Source: Owenia fusiformis (Eukaryota). Taken from it: a stretch of DNA of 64,000 nucleotides. The stretch lies in assembly GCA_903813345.2 (NCBI GenBank), contig CAIIXF020000001.1:7378001-7442000 (forward strand), in the 5' to 3' direction. How positions within the stretch are numbered: position 1 is the first letter of the stretch; each line of letters begins with the position of its first letter. This document shows positions 39,501 to 51,716 of the stretch, one piece after another. The position numbers were made by a program, and so were the translations under genes. Under the pieces are notes generated by a model. It worked only from the letters and a program-made list of their open reading frames with translations, did not search any database and had not been told where the DNA came from.

Positions 39501-42500
39501 TTACGTAAAGAAATTGGGCTTTGATTTTCTTTGCAGTTCTACTTACTATGCATCATGTTCCAAATATTGTGGGTTGAGTACTTCTTTAACTAGTTCCCTA
39601 AAAATAATAAAAAGTAAAAACAATGTCATCGAATGTTACATACATGTACATGTTATATGTCATGAGGAAGTACATGGCCATGTATATATATAAGTTTGTG
39701 GTGTACATATTGAATACAAATATCAAGAATTTTAATAGTCTTGTTTCTTCTAAAGGCCATTTCTCAAAAAATTTGGAATATTGACTCATGAAATTAAATA
39801 GTATTTTACAATATTATAATAGTTACATCATGAAAGACATTAAAATTCAGTAAAAGGAGTCTGTGATATTTGAGAAATGGGCCCCTGGATATAAAACAAT
39901 CTCCAGCATCAGTGTTCATTCTTGGATTTCTTCTCAACTATTCATTTATACAATATACTAAACTACTATATATTTCTACTCCATTGATCAATATAGACTA
40001 ATAGTATCTTATCTGAAGGAAAATTAAACAATCGTTTTCATTTTAAAGATGATATAATCAATGAATATGTAATTTTAGAGGGTTATCTCACACATATTAT
40101 AATCAGGCATTATTTGAAATCACACTCGGGAAATGATATCTGACTGGGATATAAGGCTTCTCTAGACTTCAACTGACATGGTTGTCAGTTCCAACAGGCA
40201 TGTAGCCAGGGTGGTTCGAGCGAAACCCCCCCCCCCTGGCCAAAATTTCTTTCAAAATCATGCAGTTCTTCACCATTCTTAGTCTTACTATTTTTTTGTG
40301 ATTTTTGGCCAAATTTGCCCAAGTGAACCCCCCAGAATTTTTGGGAAAAGTGAACCCCCCCTTGGAAAATTCTGGCTATGGGCCTGTCCAACCTCATTGA
40401 CCTCGTTCCTTCCACCCAAGCCACATTATCACAACGCGCAAATATCGGCTTTTAGCCGCAAACCACCAACTCTTCTCTCCTGAACTTATTTCTCCACTCG
40501 CGTATTGAGACATTCGCGTTGTGAGAATGTGGTTCGGATGGAAGGAACGTGATCAACCATGTCAGAACTGATGATCGCGTGAGTCAAAGTCTACACAGCC
40601 AATATAATTCGCGCCGTTTTGGCATCGAAAAAATTCGGCGCTGTTCTGGCACCGTTCCGGCACCAAAACCTTTTGACACCAAAATTTGCCACCGGACTAG
40701 TCAGTCCATTTGGTTCCGTTTCGGCACCGAAATTTGGAACCGAAACGGTGTCGAAAATCAGATTGCATTTTGGGGGTGTAGGAGACCTGAATATTATGCA
40801 CACTAATGCACATGTTAGTTATGTTTTTAATTATTTCATTATGCAAATTACATGTTACTTCAGTCAAGTGCATAGCTTCATGAAAATTTAAGTAATTTTC
40901 AGGTTTTAATCTCTCAGCCAGAATCGCACGGACTTAAAATTCAATCATGCAATATGCGTAACAAAATATATATTAAATGCTTTCACCATCAGGTTGACCA
41001 AGACCCATTATTTAAACAAAAAAATGAATGGCTTAATTAAGTACATCTTATATCTTAATATGTGTAGGTTAATACTTTATTTAGCACACATCCAAAACTG
41101 TTCCATTTAATAACATGATGAAGGTTAGGAAACAAAAGCTGCAAAATTTAAGCTAGAAAATGGAAAGAAGGGGTTAACATTTCCATAAATCCTGTTAAAG
41201 TAAAACCCTAGGTCACCAGGTGAGAACAATTTTTTGGTACAGTATGTCTTAGAAAAAATAAAAATTATGAAATGTTCCAATTATATGGAGAGTACATGTA
41301 TTGTAAATAAGGTAGGGTTAATCAAGTCTGATCCCCAAATTAAAAGTGGTTTTTTTTCTTGAAAATTGCTCAGTGGACTCAAACATTTTGAAGAATCAGA
41401 AAATGTGAACTTTACAAGTAGTGATATACATAATATATAGTACTCATATTTAGAGGTTATGCCACCATGACGTGAAATATGCCTGGGTTCTCCCAATATA
41501 AGCCGACCTTGGTAGGCTCTATATTTGGGCAAGAACGAAGGCATATTTCACATCATAGTGACATAACTGATGTATTACATACCTTTATTCCCTTGGCAAC
41601 TTTGTATCAATGTGTCACACATTTGTGTGCTAGTAGAATTTGATGGAAATGAAGCATGACATCGTAATATTGTCATGGTTATTATAGAAATGGTTATTAT
41701 CTAATATCAAAATGAAGTAAGGGGGCTATAGCGAGGTAAACGGGCAATATCAGTGGATATAGCCCGCTAACTGTCCCATTCACTTCCATAAAAATGCTTC
41801 ACTAGGTATGTAATACAAACAAATATGGGACTGAAAGGTGTTGACATATAAATGGAATATTTCATGAAACACTTGACCTAAAAGCCTTATATAGTTTCAG
41901 TTTGGTCTCTTCCACATTCAAGAACAAACCAAAACCATCAGATACAATTAAATAGCCTAGGGGTATGGGAAGAATAACTAAAGTATAAAGTGGCTATATA
42001 TATATATTATTTAGCAGAAAATATAACTATATCAATTCAATATAGCCTCTTTAATCAAATAAAAAATAATTGTGTCTGGATCATATACCTTTGATGTTCA
42101 CTTAATCCACTTCATAAAAGAAAAATGAAATAGTCTTTAAAAACTGAAAATCTAAGTTGCTATGGTACAATATTCAATGAAGGTAGTGGATTTCTCAATG
42201 ATGTGATATACAAAATGTGCATTTGTGGCATTCAAAAATATTTAGATAATTCCAAGTAGTCATCGAACAAAATATTTACAAAAACGTAAAGTCAAATAAA
42301 CTGTTTGTCTTGGGCAATAGTATCATTTGTATGTCTGAATTTGTTTTATTTCAGATGTTCCAGAAGTTCATTCTTTGGAATAATGAAATTTTAACTGCAC
42401 ATTACGTAAAGCAAACATCTGTAAGATGTCCAACATCCAAATATATAACTGAAATCAGGCACTGAGCTAAGAGACAGTCAACTGGTCTTTCTTTTGAAAC

Positions 42501-45500
42501 TGACTAGCTGATATTTCATTACATGACACTGCAGCTGGTTTTTAAGACCACATTTACCAGCTGCTCTAAAATTCTTAGCAAAATCCCTGATTTATCTAAG
42601 TGTATACATATTTGTAATGAAAAGCAAACTGGTGTGTGAAAATAATCACATTATAACATATAAAAAGCATCATGTGAGATCAGTCACTGTTCAGTTCCTT
42701 TGTAGACATATTCAGTTCCTTTGTAGACATATTGATAGTTCGTAAAGAGAAATATAAATATGTACTGTACATGTAAACATATACATGTATTTTCTACGCA
42801 AATATATACATGTACTGTATTAAAATGGCAAAGGTTACTTACGAGACTTGCTCCAGCTCTGTGGCATGTTCAAATGCTTGGTGATCACAATGTAGTACAA
42901 ATATGAATGGGGCCAATAACTCATGCATTCCCTGCAAAACAAAATACACATACAAGTACAAGGGGTGATCAAAAAGTAATGAACAAAATTTCATACTCAT
43001 ATTATGCCTGTAGAACAGAAAAAACATACATGTAGAACAGAAAACACATACATGTATTATGCATGTAGAACAGAATACACATACATGTATTATGCATGTA
43101 GAACAGATTGTACTTCTGTTGATAACAAAGCATAGAGATCACAACTGACTTATGCAATCCAAATCAAAAACAGCTGATATGAAATATTACCATGTACGAG
43201 TATTTTGTTTTTGGCTTGCAAATTTTAAATTTTATTTAATTTCATGGAAATATTTAGATGGCAAAATGTCATTGAATGCAATTCGTAAATGTAAAGGGTG
43301 ACCCAAACAATGTATATAAAATAATTTCATCATTAGTCATTTTTCAATTGTATAATAATGGGCCCATGGTCATCAAATAAAAAATGGAAATAATGAAGCC
43401 TAGATCAAAAATAAAATAATGATCAGACACATGTGTAGTATCAAATAAATAATAAAATAAATAAACAAACAAAAAATATAAAACCACTAAAACCTTAAAT
43501 AATAGTTTCTAGCCAGTTACCAAGACAACCTTAAATCATAGATTCTAGCCAGTTACCTAGACAACCATATAATACCTTAACATGAAGCATAATTATGTGA
43601 GAATTATGTAAATGGCGATGTTTTTCATATATTATTAATCCATGAATGAATAAGAACAATAAATAAAAAAAAAATGTTTTGTAAAAATTGAAGATAACTA
43701 CATCATCAAAATGGCAATAATCACAGACACCAATAGACTGGATGAGAGTAGAATACATATAATCTTGATTTATGTCATCAAATTCAGTCTAAGTGATGTC
43801 ATATTTGAAATCTAGAAACATGGTTTTGAAAATTGTTTATCAACTTTGAAAATTCAATTTTCTTTGAAAATGTGACTCCTAGGTCGGGTTGATTCTCCAT
43901 TGACCCCATGTTGCAAAATCACATAAAGTGAAATATCCTTTCTTGTATTGGACAGATAACATTTTCTTTTACTGGACATACGAGTCACCTGGCAGTGAAA
44001 CTGCTAACTACCTACTCGCATCTGCGTTATTCAGACTGAAGAAGTTAGATGAAGATTCAGACCTGTTTATAAGAAAGCTTGTGATGTTTACGACAATGAC
44101 AGAATAGAATGTTAACCATCATCTCTTCAATCTTTTCCTCCTTAAAGAATTCTATCTCAGGAAAACTAGAAATATATAAAATAAAACAAAATCATAAAAC
44201 CACGCAATGATTAGGGGTGAGTTAGAAATGGCTCTTTGAGAATGTCAATGTAATAGTACAGTAAAACCTGTAAACGTTATTGCTCTATATTAAACACCTT
44301 CATCAAAGATTCTAGAATTATGCAGGCAAAAAATTGAAATTATGCAGCAAAATGCAAAATTATACGGGGAAATGCAAATTATGTAGCCCGGCCCCATTTT
44401 ACCATATGGACTGCCATTTCCGGTATAAATGATTTAAACTTTTAGAGTTTTTGTTAATTTACCTAATATAATAATTATGAGGAAAATGAGCATTGAAACA
44501 TCAGGCGAGGTATTCTTTGAGAAAAGGGTAAATTATGCGCTGATGACTGAATTATGTGGCATTTCTAGAAATTCAAAATTATGCAAAATTAAAATGTGTC
44601 GCGTAGAAATGTAATTCTAGAATCTGTGCTTCATGTGTAAAGTACTGGTCCTAGATGCAATCACATGGTAACAGGTTATACTGTGAATAAAAATACTGGA
44701 ATACAATGTATAAACAAGTAGATAGGGTCTCCAAACAAAAAGAACAGGTATTCCAATATTACTTATTTCTGATAGGACATCAATATGCTGCAACTTGTAT
44801 GAAAACAATAAGTGATCGGAAGATGCCAGAGTTTGGTATTAATGGTATAACATTAAAAAACTGCATACCCAATGTACACATGCATGCTGGATAATGTGAA
44901 TACACATAAGATTTGGAAATTAAAACCTGAAAAATCTAAAAAAAAATGATTATGACAATGTGATGATGCTTGCGACATGTACTACACTACAGCCGATCTA
45001 TGCTATAATCTACAATATAGCTAAAATCAAAATAAATAAAATCTACAAACTCAGATTTTGGGCTATCATCAAAACATATAATACAACATAATGTGATTTC
45101 TAAAGAGTCACAAACTAATACTTGATAATCATAATCATATTTATGCTACTGTCTTTTGAGTCTGTCTACAGTTGTGAAATAAAGAAGTTCATTATATTAT
45201 GGGTATGGTGCAAATGATGGTTTTTATTAATGTAGAATATTGACATCAACTGCAAATCAACATTTTCAAAATTTTGTAAAAGGGGTTAAGCCATAATGGA
45301 ATTAACTTCTATTTTCTACAAATGTTGACAATTAGACACAATACCTTAAGATGAAACAGAATGTGGATTGAACAACAATAAGAGGCTTGCCATTATATTG
45401 CTAGGACCTTAACCTTTTTCTGGGTTTGAATACAGAAGGAAAATGGCAACATTCAGTGGGCTCATATGTTGAAAAAGCTGAAGCAATAGCAACATCTGGG

Positions 45501-48500
45501 AAACATAGTGCAAATTACCAGCATGAAACCCATAAAATGGATATGAGCACTGGGTCACATAAATGGCAATTTTCATTGTCTGGATTAAAATAATATTCTG
45601 AGCCCAGGGTCAGTAAATTTTTACAAATTTATCATGGGATATATGTGAAGATTTATCAGGAAAAAATACTTTGAAAATAGGATCAAATTTTCCAAAAGTT
45701 TATGGAATTCTTTAAATTGTACAAATCACATTGATTGTGGTAAAAAGATAAGGTCCCCATAACATAATGATCCATCGCTAAATACAGAATAGTTAATACA
45801 CTCATCATGCTGGTTCATCAATATACCTGTCTGTATTGCACACCAGGGTTTAGTTTAGCATATATGAACAGTGAATCCACCATCATGGTCCTTATATGGT
45901 CCCCATGGAAGAACTCAATCTTAGGATACCTACATATACATTTACCATGAAACATATTGTAACACTAATCTATAGCTATTAGATAACATTTCTTCTTGGT
46001 GTCAAATTAATATAAAACATTTTGGGGCATTTTCAGCATTAAATGTTTCTAGGTATTGCCTCATATATAGTCTTTGGCAGTTGGTATGAATTTTAACTCA
46101 TGTACAAAAACATCTCATATTTAAAATAAAAAGATTATTTAGTAAAAATGCTCCACTTACGTTCGAACAACATCCTGTTTTATTGTGAGTCTCAATTCAT
46201 TGTCAAGGAAGAAACGATTCCAAGGACTCTGGGAAGAAATAATGATAACATCATCTCAAAATACAGTCACAGTCAAAATTGTGAATAAATTAAGTAGTGA
46301 AACAAAAGCCAATAACCCAGATGCGAGTAGAAATAATCTTGATTTACGTCATTAAAAATCATATTTGAAATCTACATGTAAAATTACATCTAGAAATGTG
46401 GTTTTAAAAAGTGTTTATCAACTTTGAAAAATTACTTTTCTTTGAAAATGTGACTTCTAGCTCGGGGAGATTCCCCACAGACCCCATGCTATAAAACCAC
46501 AAAAAATGAAATATCTTTTCTTCTAGTGGACAGATAATATTTTGCTTTACTGGACATATTTTCAGTAGTATAAGTATTAGACACATAAGGGTTATATGAA
46601 AATTGAGCCACTTAAATTGATAATATTCAAGTTTAAGGGAACTTTCTTATATACCTGCCATGTTAATTGACCCGAATCAGCCACCTGGTGGTGAAACTGG
46701 TAACTACCTACTCGCATTTGGGTAATTGATTTGAGTTGCTCAGTGCAAAAGGACCAAACACAAATTACATTTTTCATGCTTTTATAATAATTTCTGCACT
46801 CCTGACATTTCGCAACTAGATAAGAAGAGAAAATCCTATGATCTATAATTGATATGATTTTTATCCATGAATGTGTATGTTCTACAACTATAGGTTGAGA
46901 AGTTCAATGTTGATCTCATAAATATTGATAAAGAATCTATTTACCTCATCAATTTGAGAGAGAGGGTTGTTCACCACTAGATTCTCCTCAACGCTATCTG
47001 ACCTTGGATTAATTATGTACTGCAATTAAAAGTTTTGATAAATATAGACAAGGCATTAACATGCAAAATGTCACCACCAGATATTTATTACAGATGCTGA
47101 ACACAAGTAAAAGTGATATCGATATGATATCATTTTGAATACCTAATGATTAAAATAATGATTATTATTTACTTGTGATCTAGTTTATTATTACTGAAAA
47201 AGCGATAGCTGATCACTTTAAATGAATATCCTTAGTTTTATTATATTACACATGTATACTGGGTAAAAGTGGCAATATTGCTGAGATGAAAATTTACTGC
47301 TTTTGCTCGAAATTCAAATTAACAAAAATTCCTTCTTCCTAAAATCATAAAATTATAATCCTCTAATAAAACAAAACAAAAAATTCTGGAATGTTACAAC
47401 CAGTGACCATAAAATTATTTTAGGCTATATTTCTTCTCATACAATATATGAAATTAGAGAATACCTTTCTCCTCATATGGTCATAGTCAGCCCTTCTTTG
47501 GCGTGTCTCAGAGATCCAATCATCGATGTTCTCTGGTAGAGTCTCCAAGTATAACTGAAATATGTTGAAATATCCATTGCAACTTTTTTCAACTCAAAAT
47601 TCAGTTTCTGTATGAAATATTGTATGACTAGCACTACTTCCAAAAATGAAACTCAAAATGTTTATTTTTCTACTTTCACCTGTCAAAAAGGTTGGAAATG
47701 TTCACAGATAATTCAATAATTAATTCTAATTAAAATTCAACAATGGCAGAACACTCTCATAAAAACAAATTGTGTATCTTCTGTTCATATAGATCACTCA
47801 AAAGTGAATAGTTTTGGGTAAAAAAAACTGCAGTGTTAATATTTGTAATAGTTTTATGACTGGATCCAATGATCAATAGTGTTATGTCCTTCCCTTGTTA
47901 GGCTGAACTTCAGGTCATGAATTCAATGTACATTGTAGTCCCAATATGTAATTAACAACAATTCAGAATGAATCTCTGATATCCTCCAAAAAATGTCATT
48001 GAAGATTTATTGATCATTTTCAAATCAAACAACATCTCTTAAACAATGTGTACCTAACAAAACTTGACTATCATCCTCTCCCAAACCTAATTAATTATTT
48101 TGGCATATGTCAATATTTGACTATTTCCCCCAAGAAAGTTTCCTTTTTTATATGTACCTTCCAACAGACACTTCTGAATCTACTGCTACGTAAGTTGCCC
48201 TCCAGACCTTGTAGCTTCAGATCTTTCAAGTAGTTGGGACAATGGAACATCCTATCCCACTCAGCACTGAAACATTGGAAAGACATGTAGCCCTTGGGCA
48301 ACACTTTTTAAAGATTTGCATCTCCAAAAATAACCTGTCTATAATATTTTACTCTTAGTCTCTATGTTTCAGGGTAGTCTAATGTCAGGAAAAGATCCTT
48401 GTTTCTAGTCAGCCAAAGTTTAAGTTTAACACTTGTCCAATAGGTCTTCTATTTAGAAATTTTTGGATTTCTAGCACAAAGCTGGATCAATTGAAAAGTT

Positions 48501-50450
48501 AAGCTTTCACTTGTAGCTTGTCGCAAATGCAACTTTCAGCTATCAGTTACCAGATTAACCTAATATTTTATGATGACCATCTCATTTAATTAAATAGGAA
48601 TGGAATAGTGGCAGGTACTATTCATATTTAAATGAGTTGACCATAACAAAGTAGGATAATCCGGTAGCCTACAGCCGAAAGTTGCATTTGTGAATACAAG
48701 CTAAATCTTACCTATAAATATGTATATTTAGAGACAGTGTGAAAACAATTCATTTAAATACATGTTTTATATTTTAAGTTTGTATACTGTATTTTGTATA
48801 TTCATCATCATGATAACTTGATTTCTTCAATATATTGAAAAGCTAGTGTGAGCTGAAAACCCATGATTATACTACACAAAAGTAATATTTACCTATAGCT
48901 GTTAGAATGACTAGATCTTCTTGACGAGTTTTGAGAATTCAACATATCTGTTTTCTTCCCTGTTTCTATGGCAACTGTTGCATCCTCAACCAATACCATT
49001 CCATTTTCAGTTTGACTGGTTATCATAACATTGCGCTCTGAAACACACGATCATCTTGACAATGAATAACATCCTTTTTATATAAAAGCACTGAATCCCA
49101 CATTTCATTACATATTATTTTTTTCGTATTTCTCGCTTCGATGATGACTTTTGAGAGTCTCTCCGGTCTCCAGTTAAATCAAGATTAATGATTTTCTACT
49201 GAAGATAATTCCAATGAGCTACACATACAGTCTGCACCTGATTCTATAATGCCAATTGAGAGGATTTGTATGATGTAGTACTATCAATTCATACTGCTAT
49301 TACCAGTATATAGCTCTGAATGCAATAATATATAGTAATTCCTATTATTGATAGGAGATGCGGGCTTATTTGGAGGTCACCATAAACCCATATCATATTT
49401 TGCAATGAGGAAATTCAAAATAGCTGGCATTAACCTGGTATAGCCTTTTTATTTTTTCGTGAAGCCACTCAGTAAAATTTCTCTGCAACCTGATGTCCAA
49501 TCAAGATCATTCAAGTATCTATGTGTTCCTGATTCGTTTGGGCGTCCGAGAATAACAACGTCTACAAAAAGTTTGCACGCGAAATTGACGTAATTCATGA
49601 CTGAAATCGGGAAGACAAAATTTGAGATTCACAAACAAAATTGCTTGTGAAAATTATTTACAAAAGTGTTCCAGAGACTCTTATCTACTTGGCTAAGGTT
49701 TTATTTGAAGATACATTGCCGTATTAAGCAGGTAGAGGGGCATACAGGACACAGAAGCAAATGCTATGTTGAAAATGTGTCTTGGGAACATTTTTGTAGA
49801 TAGTTATTATAAACAATTCTGAAAGAATATCACATATTTTTGTCTTAACAATTTCAGTCATGAATTACGTCAATTTCGCGTGCAAACATTGGGTAGAAGT
49901 TGTCATTAAGGGATGCCCAAACGTGTCAGGAACACATTAATACTCGAATGATGTTGATTGGACTTCAGGGTGCAGAAAAATCGTAATTTTACTGAGTGGC
50001 TTCATGAAAAAATAAGCAGCACTTTAAGCCAAAAATTAATCAAGCTAAAAACCTTGGTCATGAATAAGAAAAAGAAAACTGATCACAATACTGTATAGCA
50101 CCCAAGGGTGTGATAAAATTGCCTAAATAAAGTACCTATTGTCCCTATACTCACACAGTTCTGTATTCCATACTATATGAGCCTATGGACACAAAATGTG
50201 ACTTTAGACATCAAAATTCCCATTAACATTTGACAGATTCTAAGGATTAAATTTTGAAGTTTAAAACACATAGTCAAACAAAAATTCATACCATGAAATA
50301 AAATTTATAATAAAGGCATTCAAAAGCAAACTTAACCATGTACAAACCTTGGACAGGTGAAGGTTCAAAGCTATCAATAGCCGAGAGGATGTCTTCATGT
50401 GAGGCTGGGTTTGGAAGAGCCTCATTTTGCCGCAGCTTGGACTTACTCAT
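27401..50450 (-). CDS. TBC1D5: TBC1 domain family member 5 (Rab7 GAP, retromer/LC3-associated); 13 coding exons in the window, 3' part not located
   Basis: GT-AG exons with consistent phases join to give SYSAEWDRMF..LRSSRFRSVCWK..NNPLSQ..IKQDVVRT (Arg finger)..YKQGMHELLAP (Gln finger)..LEHDAY..RWIRLLFGREF..LMRYP, matching the TBC1D5 architecture. Confidence 0.93.
27570..28316 (-). mobile_element. HINE-type element
   Basis: Hairpin TGGGCATTTGTGCCCA plus CCCACCGAA; opposite end has (GGAC)n and TTCGGTGGGA. Confidence 0.6.
29578..30328. repeat. Three near-identical ~254-bp tandem units inside Academ 2
   Basis: CTAATTAGTGTAACCCTTACAAATGAAC at 29581, 29835 and 30088. Confidence 0.9.
30320..33480 (-). 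pseudogene. Decayed Academ transposase with XPG-like nuclease and Cys cluster
   Basis: DQGLEQTI, HELTTVPPSLF, NPANK, HEEAD, CDDIDV, TGSDTT, LPPTEDAF and C-terminal Cys cluster; stops and frameshifts. Confidence 0.85.
32726..33367. mobile_element. Tc1/mariner MITE with long TIRs nested in the Academ 2 transposase
   Basis: TA-CAGGGTGTCCCGAAAGTATGGG...CCCATACTTTCGGGACACCCTG-TA; ~250-bp arms. Confidence 0.9.
35946..36088 (-). CDS. TBC1D5: TBC1D5 coding exon 12
   Basis: RWIRLLFGREFPMQDLLVMWDALFA...YVFVAMLLYIRDI; donor GTAAGT. Confidence 0.92.
37112..37287 (-). CDS. TBC1D5: TBC1D5 coding exon 11
   Basis: PSKTEK...IVTKLNIIQSEILSEHDMELYNHLEKYEIAPQVYG. Confidence 0.9.
37659..38255 (-). mobile_element. 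HINE family D with short internal tandem array; short relatives at ~47008 and 53429-53560
   Basis: ACAAGGCATTAACATG..AAAATGTCAC start; GGTGGTGACATAAAAA end; repeated AAATCTAAAGTCAGATT. Confidence 0.55.
38457..38526 (-). CDS. TBC1D5: TBC1D5 coding exon 10
   Basis: ALFCKVMDTVEPWYVSRDIYPAK. Confidence 0.87.
38863..39030 (+). mobile_element. 168-bp retroposed insertion (Penelope pLTR fragment or retrozyme-like)
   Basis: Absent from the second Kolobok copy; flanked by 12-bp TSD TTGATAAATAAA (38851-38862, 39031-39042). Confidence 0.7.
38909..38947 (+). ncRNA. Minimal type I hammerhead ribozyme motif
   Basis: TCA-CTGACGA-A-GGATGT-AGTC-ACATCC-GAAA-GC-TA-TGA: core boxes, perfect 6-bp stem II, palindromic AGCT in place of stem III. 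Confidence 0.6.
39547..39597 (-). CDS. TBC1D5: TBC1D5 coding exon 9
   Basis: ELVKEVLNPQYLEHDA; donor GTAAGT. Confidence 0.9.
40195..40386. mobile_element. hAT-like MITE with 5-bp TSD
   Basis: CAGGCATGTAGCCAG...CTGGCTATGGGCCTG; TSD TCCAA. Confidence 0.7.
42843..42931 (-). CDS. TBC1D5: TBC1D5 coding exon 8
   Basis: GMHELLAPFIFVLHCDHQAFEHATELEQV. Confidence 0.92.
44063..44165 (-). CDS. TBC1D5: TBC1D5 coding exon 7
   Basis: FPEIEFFKEEKIEEMMVNILFCHCRKHHKLSYKQ. Confidence 0.9.
46161..46228 (-). CDS. TBC1D5: TBC1D5 coding exon 6
   Basis: SPWNRFFLDNELRLTIKQDVVR(T). Confidence 0.92.
46315..46724. mobile_element. MITE; related copy at ~43735-44026
   Basis: ACCCAGATGCGAGTAG...CTACTCGCATTTGGGT inverted ends; shared internal sequence with 43745-44020. 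Confidence 0.6.
46945..47019 (-). CDS. TBC1D5: TBC1D5 coding exon 5
   Basis: YIINPRSDSVEENLVVNNPLSQIDE. Confidence 0.9.
47465..47554 (-). CDS. TBC1D5: TBC1D5 coding exon 4
   Basis: LYLETLPENIDDWISETRQRRADYDHMRRK. Confidence 0.87.
48158..48266 (-). CDS. TBC1D5: TBC1D5 coding exon 3
   Basis: AEWDRMFHCPNYLKDLKLQGLEGNLRSSRFRSVCWK. Confidence 0.92.
48514..48703. mobile_element. Small foldback MITE with TAG termini
   Basis: TAGCTTGT..CAAATGCAACTTTC versus GAAAGTTGCATTTG..ACAAGCTA. Confidence 0.6.
48893..49037 (-). CDS. TBC1D5: TBC1D5 coding exon 2
   Basis: Open 145-nt exon ending ...SHSNSY-S; phases match both neighbours. Confidence 0.75.
49448..50016. mobile_element. MITE with ~170-bp TIRs
   Basis: GAAGCCACTCAGTAAAATT...GCACGCGAAATTGACGTAATTCATGACTGAAAT mirrored at 49850-50015. 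Confidence 0.7.
50348..50450 (-). CDS. TBC1D5: TBC1D5 first coding exon (exon extends as 5'UTR to the acceptor at 50556)
   Basis: MSKSKLRQNEALPNPASHEDILSAIDSFEPSPVQ; phase-1 donor matches the next exon; TTTTTTCAG acceptor upstream. Confidence 0.65.
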
Positions 50451-51716
50451 CTTGTGTGCTTGTTACTTCTCTTAGTACAATGTAGATCTCTATCAAAGAA
50501 ACCAATGTATATCCTTACTGGACATTTCTGCTTTCTTGATTACTTTTATGACCATTCTGAAAAAATAAATAGATTAGATTAAGATATTTCTGAGTTCTAA
50601 TATCAAGCCTCTCCTATGCAACCTGCCTCAAAGGTCCATGTGCAGTATGGCAAGTGATTTGAGATGGCCATATCTTTCACAATGAGTACTTTCTGGGCAA
50701 AAATACAGTGGTTTTTATTAAAACAATATGTTTTCTTTACAGTGAAGTTCACATGATGATAAAAATATCAATCGAACAATTCGAAAAATTATAAATAGGG
50801 ACCCAAGTCAACGATTTTTTCAAAATGTTGAACTTATTTGCTCAAAAGAGGATCCTCTTTTTCTGATTTTTATTGCATGAAAACAATATTCAACAAGGGG
50901 TCTAAAACATTGGCAAATTACCACTTTGTGTAAAACTATCATAAAGTAAAAAAATGAATATTTTGCATGAGGCTTAGATAGTCTTCAATTCTTTGTTTCC
51001 CATCAGGTGAAAAAACATTATTTTCTTGTTCTTGTACTATCTGTATTGCTATTGAGATTGTCCCCGTTGATCATCTCCGTCGCAATACAGAAAATATTGG
51101 TACGGAGGGGACAATCTCAGTAGCAATACAGAGGATCACACAATAAAAACGTTATTGAATGAGACGAAGTCTAGTGCCAATACAGAATATCGAGACAGAA
51201 TATATGCTGTATTGCACTTCAAATCATTCAATAACTTAAAGTATAGAAATCCTATCATTCATAAATCTTAGAATATTCTCTATTAACATTTATTTTCAGA
51301 TACCTCATTCATTGTGCTACATCATTGGTAGCGAGAAACACCCTCTAATAAATTAATTTTGCAGAGCAATGTTTCAATAATACTCAATACATACTCTTCT
51401 ATTGTGAATACCAAGTAAATTTAACCTGTGCAAGTGGAACACCTTTGGTTCTTCAGAACAGTATTCCACTTGAGGATTTGAACTATGTATTGTTGAATAT
51501 AAAACACTGATAACGAAAGCAAACCCCTTTAACAGCAACAGAAAATTTGTAAATCAATATTGAATTCTAATGTCATTATGACCTGCCATTTTGATCACGG
51601 TACGGCTAATTTTAAACAGTAAGAACAACATTAGGAGGGCAAGTATACAGCAAAAGCAGTGTAGCAGTAATGAGGAATCAATATTTTATGTTCTCTGAAA
51701 CAGCTCAAAAACTTTG

